Positions 1 through 13,451 of a stretch of 64,000 bases of DNA are shown here, one piece after another. The stretch lies in contig NW_005201391.1 in the NCBI RefSeq assembly GCF_000372725.1, forward strand, positions 50,736 to 114,735, in the 5' to 3' direction. Position numbers and translations under genes: made by a program. This DNA is from Emiliania huxleyi CCMP1516 (taxonomy: Eukaryota). Numbering within the stretch: position 1 is the first letter of the stretch; every line of letters begins with the position of its first letter. A model generated the notes under the pieces. That model saw only the letters and a program-made list of their open reading frames with translations. It was not told where the DNA came from and searched no databases.

Positions 1-559
1 CCAGAGGGCGGGGCGAGGGCGGGGCGTGAAGTTGGCAGTGGTGTGTCGTGTGTGGCCGTTGTGGCCCACGTGGGCAAGGCTTTGCTCTTCTTGCGGTGGC
101 AGCATGCGCAAAGGGGCGCGCGGGGCATTGCAGCATGTCTTCGGCATGTCTCCATGATTGTGGCACCATGGTCCATGCCGGCTCGCCGACAGACCGGGCC
201 TCTCGCGTTGCACGGTGCTGTGTTGTGAGTGGTGTGTGTGACTGCGACTCTGAGACACAGTCAGTGTGACGCGAGGGGGCATGATATCTGCAGTGCCCCC
301 GACACTCTGTGCTCGGCCCACGTATACGTGTACATTTACTCCTACAGACATGTGGAAATACACGCGCTGAATGTGAACACCGTCACCGCCAGAAGCACCG
401 GCGAAAAGGCACAACCGCAAACGCGCCGCCGCCGGACCGCGCGCCGCACCCGCAGTACTCAAGACTTGCAACAACCCAACACATCGTAGTAACTAGTATA
501 CGCGTTGCGCTCCTGGCGCACTGGTTGGGATTTCATGCAATCACCCTACTACAGCAACG

Positions 560-3517
<2,958 letters not shown>

Positions 3518-4476
3518 GCTTTGAGGATGGCCGGAAGCAACACGATAAGGTCGGAGAGGATGGCCTCAGCAGATGGCCTGGAGGCGACCAAGGTTGTGCC
3601 GTGTGTGTGTGAGCGATCTGTGATCTGTGAGGGTCCGCCCGCAGGCGCATTTTGTATACTCTGGCGGTGCCCGGTGCCGAGCGCAGGCAGAGCCCACAGG
3701 TCAGACCTTAAGACAGCGTTGTAGATCCCTGGGCGAGGGTGATGGCGTCCCCGTCGGGTCAGGGCTGAAGGCGGGGGAGACCAACCCGATCTCTCCGGCG
3801 TCCCGCGGGAGCGTGATTGACACCCCCCCCCGTGCCAACAGCCCCATGGAGGTAGGCCACTCGTCTAGCCAATCAGCCTTAAGCGAGCGGCCTGGCCGTT
3901 GGAATGGCCGGGTGGAGAGAGGGGCGGAGTCGGCTCGGAAGCGCGACTGCAGCCACGGGGACTGCCCGCGCACTCTCGTCGGGTTGAGGGGAGGACGACT
4001 GTCTCTGACGGCGGACCTCAGTTACGAGCCGCCCTCCCCTCGAGACGCGAGGCCAGCGCACTTGGGGCCGAGCCCCAGCGTGCACCGCCCCACACGCCTC
4101 ACGTTCTGAGTGAGGTAATCCAAGTGGGAGATAAGCCTCCAAATCGACACGCTATTACCTACCCTATCCCCCTGCCTACCTGCCCTCAAAGCGGCCTGCG
4201 GGCCTTCTATTACCTACCTAACCCCCCCCACGCGCGCGCGCGCGCGTGCGCGCGCCATCGAACGGTTTCACGACGGCGCCGGCGAACGGCGCACGCCGAG
4301 CGCGTCGTGTACCCCGCGGACCGCGACCGACCGACCGATGTCGACGGCCTCGCTCGCTCGCATTCAGTACGAGCTGCTGCGTTGCGTCCGACGCGAACCG
4401 CAGCTGCAGGCCGAAACCCGGCGCATGGCTTGATTGGTGGCGCAGCCCGGTGCGGCCGACACCGCAGCCGGACCTT

Positions 4477-5457
4477 TCACGGTGGTCGTCGTTCACGGCG
4501 CGCCGACGCCACCCTCCACTCACTCGCCCGTCTGGTCCCCCCGCGACCCGCTTGACGAGCAGGCAGGCGGCTCTTCGCAGATGACGATGACGCTGGTCGC
4601 AGCTTCGCTTGCGGCCAGGCAGCGCGCAGCATCTTAAAAAGTGGGGCGTGCCACGTGACCTCCTTGACGCCGTGAACTACCAGGAAGCCTGGTTCCACCT
4701 GTTTGAGTCCGGTCGGGCAACGGGTCCGGTTTGAGTTCGTCGGGCAACGGCCACGGCCCCATATCTGGTGGTAGACGCCATGGCTCTGGAGCTTCAAGCT
4801 CCCCCAACACGCTACGTCGATGCCCATGGACCCAAGGCACTGTCCCGTTGCAAGGTCCTCGCCCGTTCCGCGCGTGCCACCCCAGCCGGAACGACGTATG
4901 GCGAAGTCAGGGCACTGGTTCATGCCTTTCGTGTAGTCATTGAGCGCGAGGCGGTTGAGGTACATGCCCGTCCCAGTGCCAACGTACTTTCTCGTCGACT
5001 GGTTGAGCCTGAAGCAGTCAATGCTTTCCCCACAGCCACGGGGCTTCGCATCTGGTTCAGGTGTCCCAACGCACTCAGGCCCGGTGTATACGCGACGGCT
5101 GTTCTTGTCGTCATTTCCATGCACGTCCGATGTCAAATTAAGCGCGCTGTTGAGCATCCTACAGAGACGCAGCACGTCCAGTACGGCGTCGCCATCGAGG
5201 CGCCCGAACCAAGTAACGCTCGCCGGCGCTCGTTGGAGAAGCACGTCCCAGGCCAACCGCGTCTTGTTGAAGAGCAGCTTCGAGCTGGCACGCAGCACTG
5301 GAAAGCGGCCATAGTGATCCTTCTCCTCGGAAACGATGACGAGCTGGCGTTCATCGGGCAGAAACCTCAGCCAGCCGTCGTAGGCCGCCGCTACGAGGTC
5401 GTGCTGTAGTGGGGAAGTGAGCACCTGCAGTGCGAGCGGCACGTCGGGAGGAGCCAT
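4477..5457 (-). CDS. GT31/fringe-like glycosyltransferase
   Basis: WFGRLDGD (DxD), YVGTGTGMYLNRLAL and EDLATGQCLGSMGI match GT31 motif order. The 5' end and membrane anchor are uncertain. Confidence 0.65.
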   Translation of the reverse strand: MAPPDVPLALQVLTSPLQHDLVAAAYDGWLRFLPDERQLVIVSEEKDHYGRFPVLRASSKLLFNKTRLAWDVLLQRAPASVTWFGRLDGDAVLDVLRLCRMLNSALNLTSDVHGNDDKNSRRVYTGPECVGTPEPDAKPRGCGESIDCFRLNQSTRKYVGTGTGMYLNRLALNDYTKGMNQCPDFAIRRSGWGGTRGTGEDLATGQCLGSMGIDVACWGSLKLQSHGVYHQIWGRGRCPTNSNRTRCPTGLKQVEPGFLVVHGVKEVTWHAPLFKMLRAAWPQAKLRPASSSSAKSRLPARQAGRGGTRRASEWRVASARRERRPP

Positions 5458-5996
5458 GGTATCAAAACATGCATCCCCAAAAAACAAAAAAAGGGGCCCT
5501 GGTTGCGTGGGACCATGGACGGACGCGAGTCCTAGCCGTCCTTTGTTTGTATTAATAAATGGCGCTACGGAACGCCACTTACTCTCTCTAGGTGCGCCTT
5601 GCGGGCACATCCTTACGGATCCCCTACGCACACGACGCACACACCCCGACAGGCACCTACAGCACAGACACCGAACGCATACCGACCATGCGTCGGCCGC
5701 GAAATCACGATGCAAGCGCGCAACATACAGCAAGGATGCGGGGTTTTTTGCATATGGGGTCTGCCCAGTGGGTGCCCCCGGTCATCTGCAGCCCCTCCCC
5801 AGCCCTGTGTGTCCCTCTGTCCGCGACGCTGGCGCCCAGCGGATCAGTAACCAGCCTCCGGCGGGGCCCCCCGCTACCATCCAAACCCGAGTACCGGTCT
5901 ACTAATCATAGATAGAGGCTCAAGTGTGACATAAGTCCACACACATTCGACATACACATGCACAAAGCAAACTCTCACGACACACGGCAACCGGGT

Positions 5997-6395
5997 GGAG
6001 CGGCGGCGGCGGCGGCAGCAGCACGCGCGGGCGGACGGATTCGGACGGGGCGGAGCAGCAGCCGCCCAGGCGGCCGCTGCTCTGTCTGCCAGAGCGCGCC
6101 GTCTGCCTGCGCAGCTCGAGCGCGGTCAGGTGCAGGGAAGCGTGGCGGCGCGGGGAAGCGCGGCGCGGTGGTGGCGGCGGCGGCGGCAGCGGCACGCGCG
6201 GGCGGACGGATTCGGACTGGGCGGAGCAGCGACCGCCTGGGCGGCCGCTGCTCTGTCTGCCAGAGCGCGCCGTCTGTGCGCAGCTCGAGCGCGGTCAGGT
6301 GCACAGGGAAGCGTGGCGGCGCGGGGAAACGCGGCGGCTCGAGCGCGGTCAGGTGCACAGGGAAGCGTGGCGGCGCGGGGAAACGCGGCGGCGGT
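5997..6395. repeat. GC-rich complex tandem repeat, dispersed family
   Basis: Units such as gcggacggattcggac and gcggccgctgctctgtctgccagagcgcg repeat locally and recur at ~56900-57150. Confidence 0.85.
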
Positions 6396-7369
6396 GGCGA
6401 GCAGGCGAGCGGCCCGCGCGCGGCGAGGCGGACAGGTGATCGGCAGGCGGGTGATGGGCCGGAGAGTGACCGCGCCCAGCGATCGGAGAAGACGAGCCGA
6501 TCGTCGCTCGGCCGCAGCTGACCTCGAAGGCGTGCGGAGCGCGACTGTCGGTGTCGGAGGGCGGCCGTCATGTGGCGAGGAGGGAGGACGACAAGTGCGC
6601 GTCGTACGGGTCGCTCTTCATCGGCCAGTCGAGCGGCACTCAAGTCAACCCGAGCATGGGCGACGAAAGCCGGTGGGGCCGGTGGGAGGTAGGACGAGAT
6701 TCGTTTCGCGCTTTCAAAAGCGGCTTCGCGCGCAGCGCAACTTTGGGTTTGCCACGAAAAAGCGTCCCCAGTGGAAATGGGGGCTACTGGGGCGGCCAAT
6801 TCACACCTCGCGGGACTACTTATGTTTTCGTAAACGTAGTTGTGGCCCCCCGCTACGTCGCACGAGTGCAACCGGGTAGCGGGGGGCTAAAATCGAGCAA
6901 TACTGCCCGATATCGCGACGCGCCACCAAGCTCGGGCATGTGGTCGGCACAGGCTGAGCTGCTCGCGGTGCACAGGTCATGATGCGGACCGTGCACCGCG
7001 AGCAGCTCGAGGCGCGGCGAGCACCTGGCCGAGGACGGCGGCGTCCCCCATCGGGTTACATCGCGCGAATGACCTTTTTGTGACCCTTTTGTACGAACCG
7101 TTCACGGCACTAGCCCACCGGACGGTCTCACTCTCAGGCTGCGCCCCTGCGCGCACACATCCAACGAAGATCCATGCACCATGGGAACCACAGGTCACAG
7201 CATCACAGTCACAGGAGTGCTCCTGCACAAACCAATTCAAAAAAACAAATATCCGCGGAGACGGAAAAAACGAAAACGGTAGAAGAGAAGAGTCAAGAGA
7301 TGCGTGCTACAAGCTTCGTGGCCGCACACCGCTCGCGGAGTTCACGCGGCACTTTCACAAACGAAAATC

Positions 7370-8504
7370 TCACACGCGTTGGTGAGCATCATACTGCTTT
7401 TCGAAGTCCTTCCTGCCCCACTTCTGAACGCCCTCCTCACTAATTCCACCATCATTCAGGCACGGCGGGTTGAAAATGCAGCGTACCACCCCGTGGCAGA
7501 GCGTCTGGCATGCCAGGAGTGCGGTGACGATGCCAACGCAACACTCGAAGCCCTCCAAGCCCGTCAGGCGCTGTGAGATCGAGAGATGTGGTGAAAGTGC
7601 TCAGAAGACACGGCGACGCGAACTCTGGCGGGCACAAGCGGCCGGGGATGGCCATGGGGCGCAAGGCGGCATGCCGAGACGAGCAGGTGGCAAGCGGATC
7701 TTATGGCGCGGCACCTGCTTGTCCCTTGCATCGGCTCCGTCGGCGCCCGCGTCGCTACGCTCCATGCTTTCGGCCTCGGGTGCGGCGGCCTGCCGTTTCT
7801 GCCGCTGCTCCTCAGCGAGTCTATCCTGGAAGTTGAACTGAGCGCCGCGCGCTTTGGGCTGCGAGCTGGCGCCTTTCTTGTTCGGATGCCCCGCCTGTCC
7901 CTGCACCCCACCCGAGAGTGGTTGCGTCGGCGGCTGCCCCTGTCCCTGGCCCACGTCGGCTTCCGCGGGCGCGGCTTCCCGTGACGGTGCCGCCCCGTGG
8001 TCCCGCCCGTGGTCCCGCCCGTGATCCCGCCCGTGGTCCCGCCCGTGCTTCTTCGACCGCTCCCGCTTCGCTGCCCGCTTCGCTGCGGCTCTCTTGTCTG
8101 CAGGCATCGCCGAGAGCGCCTGGTATGCGGAGGTCACGTCGGCAAACTTGCGCTCCGCCTCGGCGTTGCCTTGGTTCTTGTCGGGATGAAATTGACGCGC
8201 AAGCTGGTGGTATGCGCTCTTGAGGTCGCTATCAGATGCATCGACTTCAACACCGAGCTCGCGGCCTCTGGCTGGAACAGGATCGCAAGCGAGTCCCCCC
8301 GGCAGGCGCGCGTCTTCCGAGAGAGGAGCGGGAGCGAGGGACCTTCTTAGTTGTCCGGCATGCAGATGCATGCACGGCCGTTCAGAAACTTTCCCAGCCG
8401 TTGGAATGGCTGCTCTCCCGCCCCTCACCGGGCCGCGAACGGGTAGTAGACGTTGGCGCCGAAGAGGGAGGAGAGTCGCCGAAGGACGGGTAGTCGTCGG
8501 TCAT
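7370..8504 (-). CDS. DnaJ (J-domain) protein, multi-exon
   Basis: LGVEVDASDSDLKSAYHQLARQFHPDKNQGNAEAERKFADVTSAYQALS with intact HPD; GRDH repeats; termini inferred. Confidence 0.8.
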
Positions 8505-9596
8505 GCGGGGGGAGGAGGAGTCGGCGAGCAGCAGGGGGGGAGAAATGCCTGAGAGGGTGGGGAGGGAGGCGTGAGGCGCGAGGTGAGGGGCGTGGGGGCG
8601 CGGGGCGCGCGGGGCGTGCGTGGGACGCGCGGCGTGAGGCGCAGGGCGTGGGGCGGGAGGGCGCGGGGCGCTCGAGGTTGGGGCAGGGGGTGTTTTGTGT
8701 GTCTGTATGTGTGTCTGTCTGTTTCTGTGTGTGTGTGCGTGTTGGTTTGTTTGTGCGAGGGCTGGGCGGGGCAGGGCAGGGCGGCGGCGAGCGGCGAGCG
8801 GCGTCGGCGAGATCGGCGACGTAGAGAGGCGATGGTGACGTACACGGCGGCAGTGTTCACGGCAGCAGCGCCGGTGGCGGCCCCGCGCAGCGGCGGCGGC
8901 GCCCTGAGTGAGGCAGACTGCCCTGCACAGCCTGCTGGGCACGCTCCCGACGAGCGGCGCGCCATGCGGGCCCGCCGCGGGCGACGCGGGCTGCGAGCCG
9001 ACACGCGTGTCGCAGGCGTAGACAGCACTGGCGAAGCGAGGCGGCCGGCGCCGGCCCCGGAGGCGGCTGCAGTAAGAGCAGCGAGGCAGAAGTCACTGTC
9101 CAAGGCGTACTTAGCAGGCTGCCATCGAGCAGCGCGCCATGCGGGCCTGCCGCCGGCGCGACGAGATTGGAGAGCCGACAGGCATCGTTTCGAAGAGGTA
9201 GGTGTACTGAGGAGAGCCATCGCGCCCGAGGCGGTCCGCGCCGGCCCTGCAGGCCGTCTCAGAGAGCCTGGCGAGGCTGTACAGAATGCCAAGAGCATAC
9301 TGGGCAGGCTGCCGTCGAGCGACGAGCCATGCTGTCGTCCTAAGTCCTATCCTCTGCGCTCTGTGGCCGGTACTGCCAGAGCAGACTCGCTCGGCACTCT
9401 CGCTGGGCGAGGGCATCGGTCTCAATGCTTGGTGCTGGAAAGAATTTCATCCCACTGGCGCGGGACGGGGGACGCACACAAGTAAAATCCCCAACAAGCA
9501 TGTGTGCAGGGTGGCCTGACACGTGACACAGCTCACAGGCTCCCCGCCTGATTGATTTTTGGTTATCGAGAGAGACGAATTCCCGAGCGGTAAGTG

Positions 9597-11082
9597 TCAC
9601 CCCGGCGGCGCAACCGACCCGCGCCTCTGCTCGCGCTGCGCAATTTTGGCGAGCCCCTCACGGTACGTCGGGTACCTTAGGCCGCCCGGCAGCAGCACGC
9701 GGCGCATCCGCGCGTTGTCTACGCGCTTGTGCTCTGCGGCGCGGCGGCGAGCGCGGCGGCTCGCGCCCGCGCCTAGGGTTCGGGGTCCGGGGGCCTTTAC
9801 GTCAGGGGCGGGGACCTGGGGACCGGAGCCGGCGCATCGCGCGCCTGCTGCGTCTGCGTCGCCAGCTGCGGCTAGAGGCGCGCCGAGTAGTGCTGCGGCG
9901 TGCGCCATGACCTAAGGTATGGTGAGGTAAAGAGGCAAGGTGAGGTAAAGGCAAGGTGGGCTTCACTCACGCGAGGTGGTGGGGCAAGGCCAGGCAACCG
10001 TCGCAACTCCACGTCCAAAGGCAGGAGCCCAACGGCACCCAGAGAGCAAGGCCCAGCGCGCGTGGGTGAGTGGCCCATGAGTGAGATGTGTGTGTTTGTT
10101 GTGTGTGTGCGTGTGCCTCGCCGCGAGGCGCCGGCGCGTCGTCGGCGAGGTTGAAGATACCTGCAGGAGTGCTCCGAGGAGCGTCAGAGAGGCCGGGGGC
10201 GCCTGCCACGCGTCGCCGGTGCGAGGGGAAGAGAAGGCAGGGAAAGAAGGCAGCTCGCCGGAGCTGTCGGCTGCGCCTGCCGGCTGCACCATCGACGCGA
10301 GCAGCGCGGCGCAGATGTCCTCGACATGGATGCGGGAGACGTACCGCACAGGCGGCGGCGGCGGCGGTCCACCCTCCCCCCCCCCCTCCCCCGCGCCCTC
10401 GCCCGCGCCTTTGTCGGCCCGCACCGCCGCCGCTCGCGCCACCGTATCGAGTGCGGAGCGTCCGGGGCCGTAGATGCCGGCCAGGCGGAAGCAGCACGCG
10501 CGAGGCGGCGCGGCAGCTCGCTGGCCGACGTGCAGCCACTCCCGCTCGGCGGCGAGACGGTGCGCGCCTGTGGGAGAAGGCTCCGAGAAGGTTCGCCGCG
10601 AGGGCTCCTCGACGGCGCCCTCCTGCGAGGCGGTGCGCGCTGGCGCTGCCGGGCGCGCAGCGTGTCTCGGCGAGCTCGCCGACCCACCCACCGTCGTGGT
10701 CGCCGTACACGCTCGTCGTCGAGAGGTAGCCCACCCACCGCAGCCTCCCGTCCGCGCCGCCGCACGCGCGCTCCACCTCCTCAGCGTGCAGCGCGAGGAG
10801 CGGGTCGCGGTCGAAGTCGGCGACCGGCGGCACGGTCGCGAGGAGGTGTGTCGCATCGGCGAGCTGGGCCAGGCCCGCCTCAGTCAGGCCCGCGTACTCC
10901 TCGTCCAGATCAAAGGCGTGCACAGACGTCAGCCCAGTCGCAGCTGCAATCTCGCTGGCGCGCGAGGCTGACCGGCAGGTGCCAGAGACGCGCCAGCCGA
11001 GGTCGCGGGCGGTGAGCGCGGCCTGCAGGCCGACGTAGCCAAGGCCGAAGACGAAGAGGTGCGGCTGCTGCAGAGCAGGCAT
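9597..11082 (-). CDS. NAD(P)-binding extended SDR/epimerase, YeeZ-like, multi-exon
   Basis: FVFGLGYVG Rossmann motif, YLSTTSVYGDHDGGWV, FRLAGIYGPGR, SRIHVEDI, IFNLADD and C-terminal KRVDNARMRR..LRYPTYREGL. Confidence 0.9.
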
Positions 11083-11187
11083 TTGTCCCGAGGCGAGAAG
11101 AGTTCACGTAAACGAAATTGCACGCATTCTCCTTCACACGGTCGCCCCCTTGCCCCACCACCACCTCGTGTGTGGGGAGAACTTACC

Positions 11188-11191
<4 letters not shown>

Positions 11192-11269
<78 letters not shown>
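11192..11269. repeat. (TG)n microsatellite
   Basis: Direct reading. Confidence 0.98.
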
Positions 11270-11271
<2 letters not shown>

Positions 11272-11593
11272 TACTAGACCTCAAATTTCGCAGCACTTGG
11301 AGCACTTGGAGTGCAGTCAGTTGGCAACCTTACACCCAGGGCCGGGGAGCTAAGTAAGAAGCGAAGCGCACCCAGCGGGCCGGATGCTCGGGGTCGGGCT
11401 GCGGGCTAGAGAGCCCTGACCCTGGGGGGTGCGCGGTCGCAGGGCCATAACACACGTGGGTTGGCCCCGTAAGTACCTTTCTTTTCTTTTGTGCGAGTGA
11501 GGCCGGATAAATTCTTTTGACCGCGGCAGCGAATTCTTGGTTAAAAACAACTCTTTTTCGCGGGAATTCTTTTCTTTGCTCCGGTTGGGTGCC

Positions 11594-12305
11594 TGTGATA
11601 GTATAGCACGCGCCAGTTCGCACCTGTGTCGAGCCTGTCTGCTGTGACGCGTCTTTGTCTAAATTCTTTTCTTGAGTCGCTTAGGCGGCTCCGGTGGTGT
11701 GCCGGTGATAGTACTAGCACGCGCCAGTTCGCACCTGTGTCGAGCCTGTGTGCTGTGAGAGAGAGTTGTTTTGTTTAAATTCTTTTCTTGACCTTGCCGG
11801 CGCCTCGACTTGACGGCCACTACCTGCCGGCCACTACCTGCTGCTGTTCGAGTCGTTCGGCGGGTTCGGGAAGGGGGTCGGCGAGATCCTCCGGAAGGCG
11901 GCGAACGTGCTGCAGAACAAGCTGATGCGGGCCCAGTACCTCGATGAGGTGACTTGGACCACCAAGAGCTGGCTGGGGCTGCAGAAGCAGCGCATCTCAG
12001 TCGTTCTTCACACGGCCATCGCAGAGCAGATTGTGAATGAGCTTGCCAACGGCGAGGGCGGTCGAGTGCACGGAGCTAAGTGCCTCGCCGTCCTCGCCGG
12101 AGTCGCTTAGGCGGCTCCAGTGGTGTACCTGTGTTAGTGCCAGTGCGCGCCAGTCCCGTGCCCAGTCCTGTGCCCAGTGTTGTAGGTAGGTAGGTAGAAA
12201 GGTGAAGAACAGCCAGGCTCGGACTGGACACCAAGTGCGAGGAAGCGGAATATAAAATTCTTTTCTTTGACCTTGCCGGCGCCTCGACTTGACGGCCACT
12301 ACCTG
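11594..12305 (+). mobile_element. Cluster of 5'-truncated non-LTR retrotransposon 3' ends (RLE/CRE-like)
   Basis: Frame LLFESFGGFG..LQKQRISVVLHTAIAEQI (~11840-12110) resembles the C-terminus of RLE-type elements. The 3' UTR is repeated and flanking direct repeats are present. Confidence 0.65.
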
Positions 12306-12684
12306 GGCGGGGATGGGGGTGGGGATGGGGGCGGGGGCTTCGCTCGCGCGGGCCCTTTCGGCCCCGTCAGGCTTACTGAAGGCTGCGGCGGCGGCGGCGG
12401 GCTCGATGCGGCGACGCAGCGAGGCGTCGAGGCGTACTTCCCCCCACCCTCGCGCCGCCTCGCCAGCCTTCCTCCGTCGCGGCCCAAGGCTGGCGAGGCG
12501 GCGATGACGGCGCGCGCTCCTAGGTAGAAGCGGAAGACGTGTTCTCGTATCCCAACTAGCGGTCGAGGGGAGACACAATACGCGCACACACCGACGCAGC
12601 CGCGTTGCACCGTATCCCCCGCGTTCGTGGCCCCTCGCACGCGGTGCTGCGAGCGAGTGCTCTGCACAAGACCGTCCAGGCGGA

Positions 12685-12868
<184 letters not shown>

Positions 12869-13366
12869 GACGCCAATTGGCGTGTGGCAGCCGTGGCAGC
12901 GAGATGACGCGGCAACGATGCGTATGCGCGTGCCGCCATAGCATATAGACATGCACCCCTGCCTCCGAAGCGATGTGCATGGCCTCCACACGCATGGGTA
13001 GAGCATGTGCGTATGCCTCCTCCTCCCCTTCCGACCGCCAGATGCAGGGGCTGAAGGGCAGCCTTCTCAAGGACATCCTGCCGGAAGAACGGGGTACGGC
13101 AAGCGCCCGTGCGGCCATGGGGGGCGGAGTGGCACTGTTGGCTTCCCTGACCATGGCTGCTGCGGTAGCGAGGGCGGTGCGGCGGTGCGGCGCTTGCGGC
13201 GGTGACAAGACCACAGTGAGGCATCCGCATCAGCCGATGGCTGCGGCGACGACCGAGCGGGAGGGCCTTGTGATTCCCGGTACGGAGTACTTACGATACA
13301 AGGGAGAGACACAACCTTGGAGCACTTGCAACCTGCTCTCTCTTTTCTCCCAGTAAGCTAAAAGTA

Positions 13367-13400
13367 TTTAAACAAAACAACTCTCTCTCACAGCAGACAG
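13367..13400 (-). mobile_element. 34-bp retroposon 3' stub with 10-bp TSD
   Basis: GCTAAAAGTA at 13357-13366 and 13401-13410. The insert is the reverse complement of ~11746-11779 (one mismatch). Confidence 0.8.
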
Positions 13401-13451
13401 GCTAAAAGTACGTACGTACAAGGGAGCGGGCCGGTCACACCTTTGAGAAGC

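Noticed and set aside
5987..6877. GCAACCGGGT direct repeat as a 10-bp TSD
   Set aside because: No terminal inverted repeats or tail between the copies; may be chance.
8571..9485. 304-aa ORF
   Set aside because: Low-complexity Arg/Ala sequence with degenerate internal repeats and no recognisable domain.
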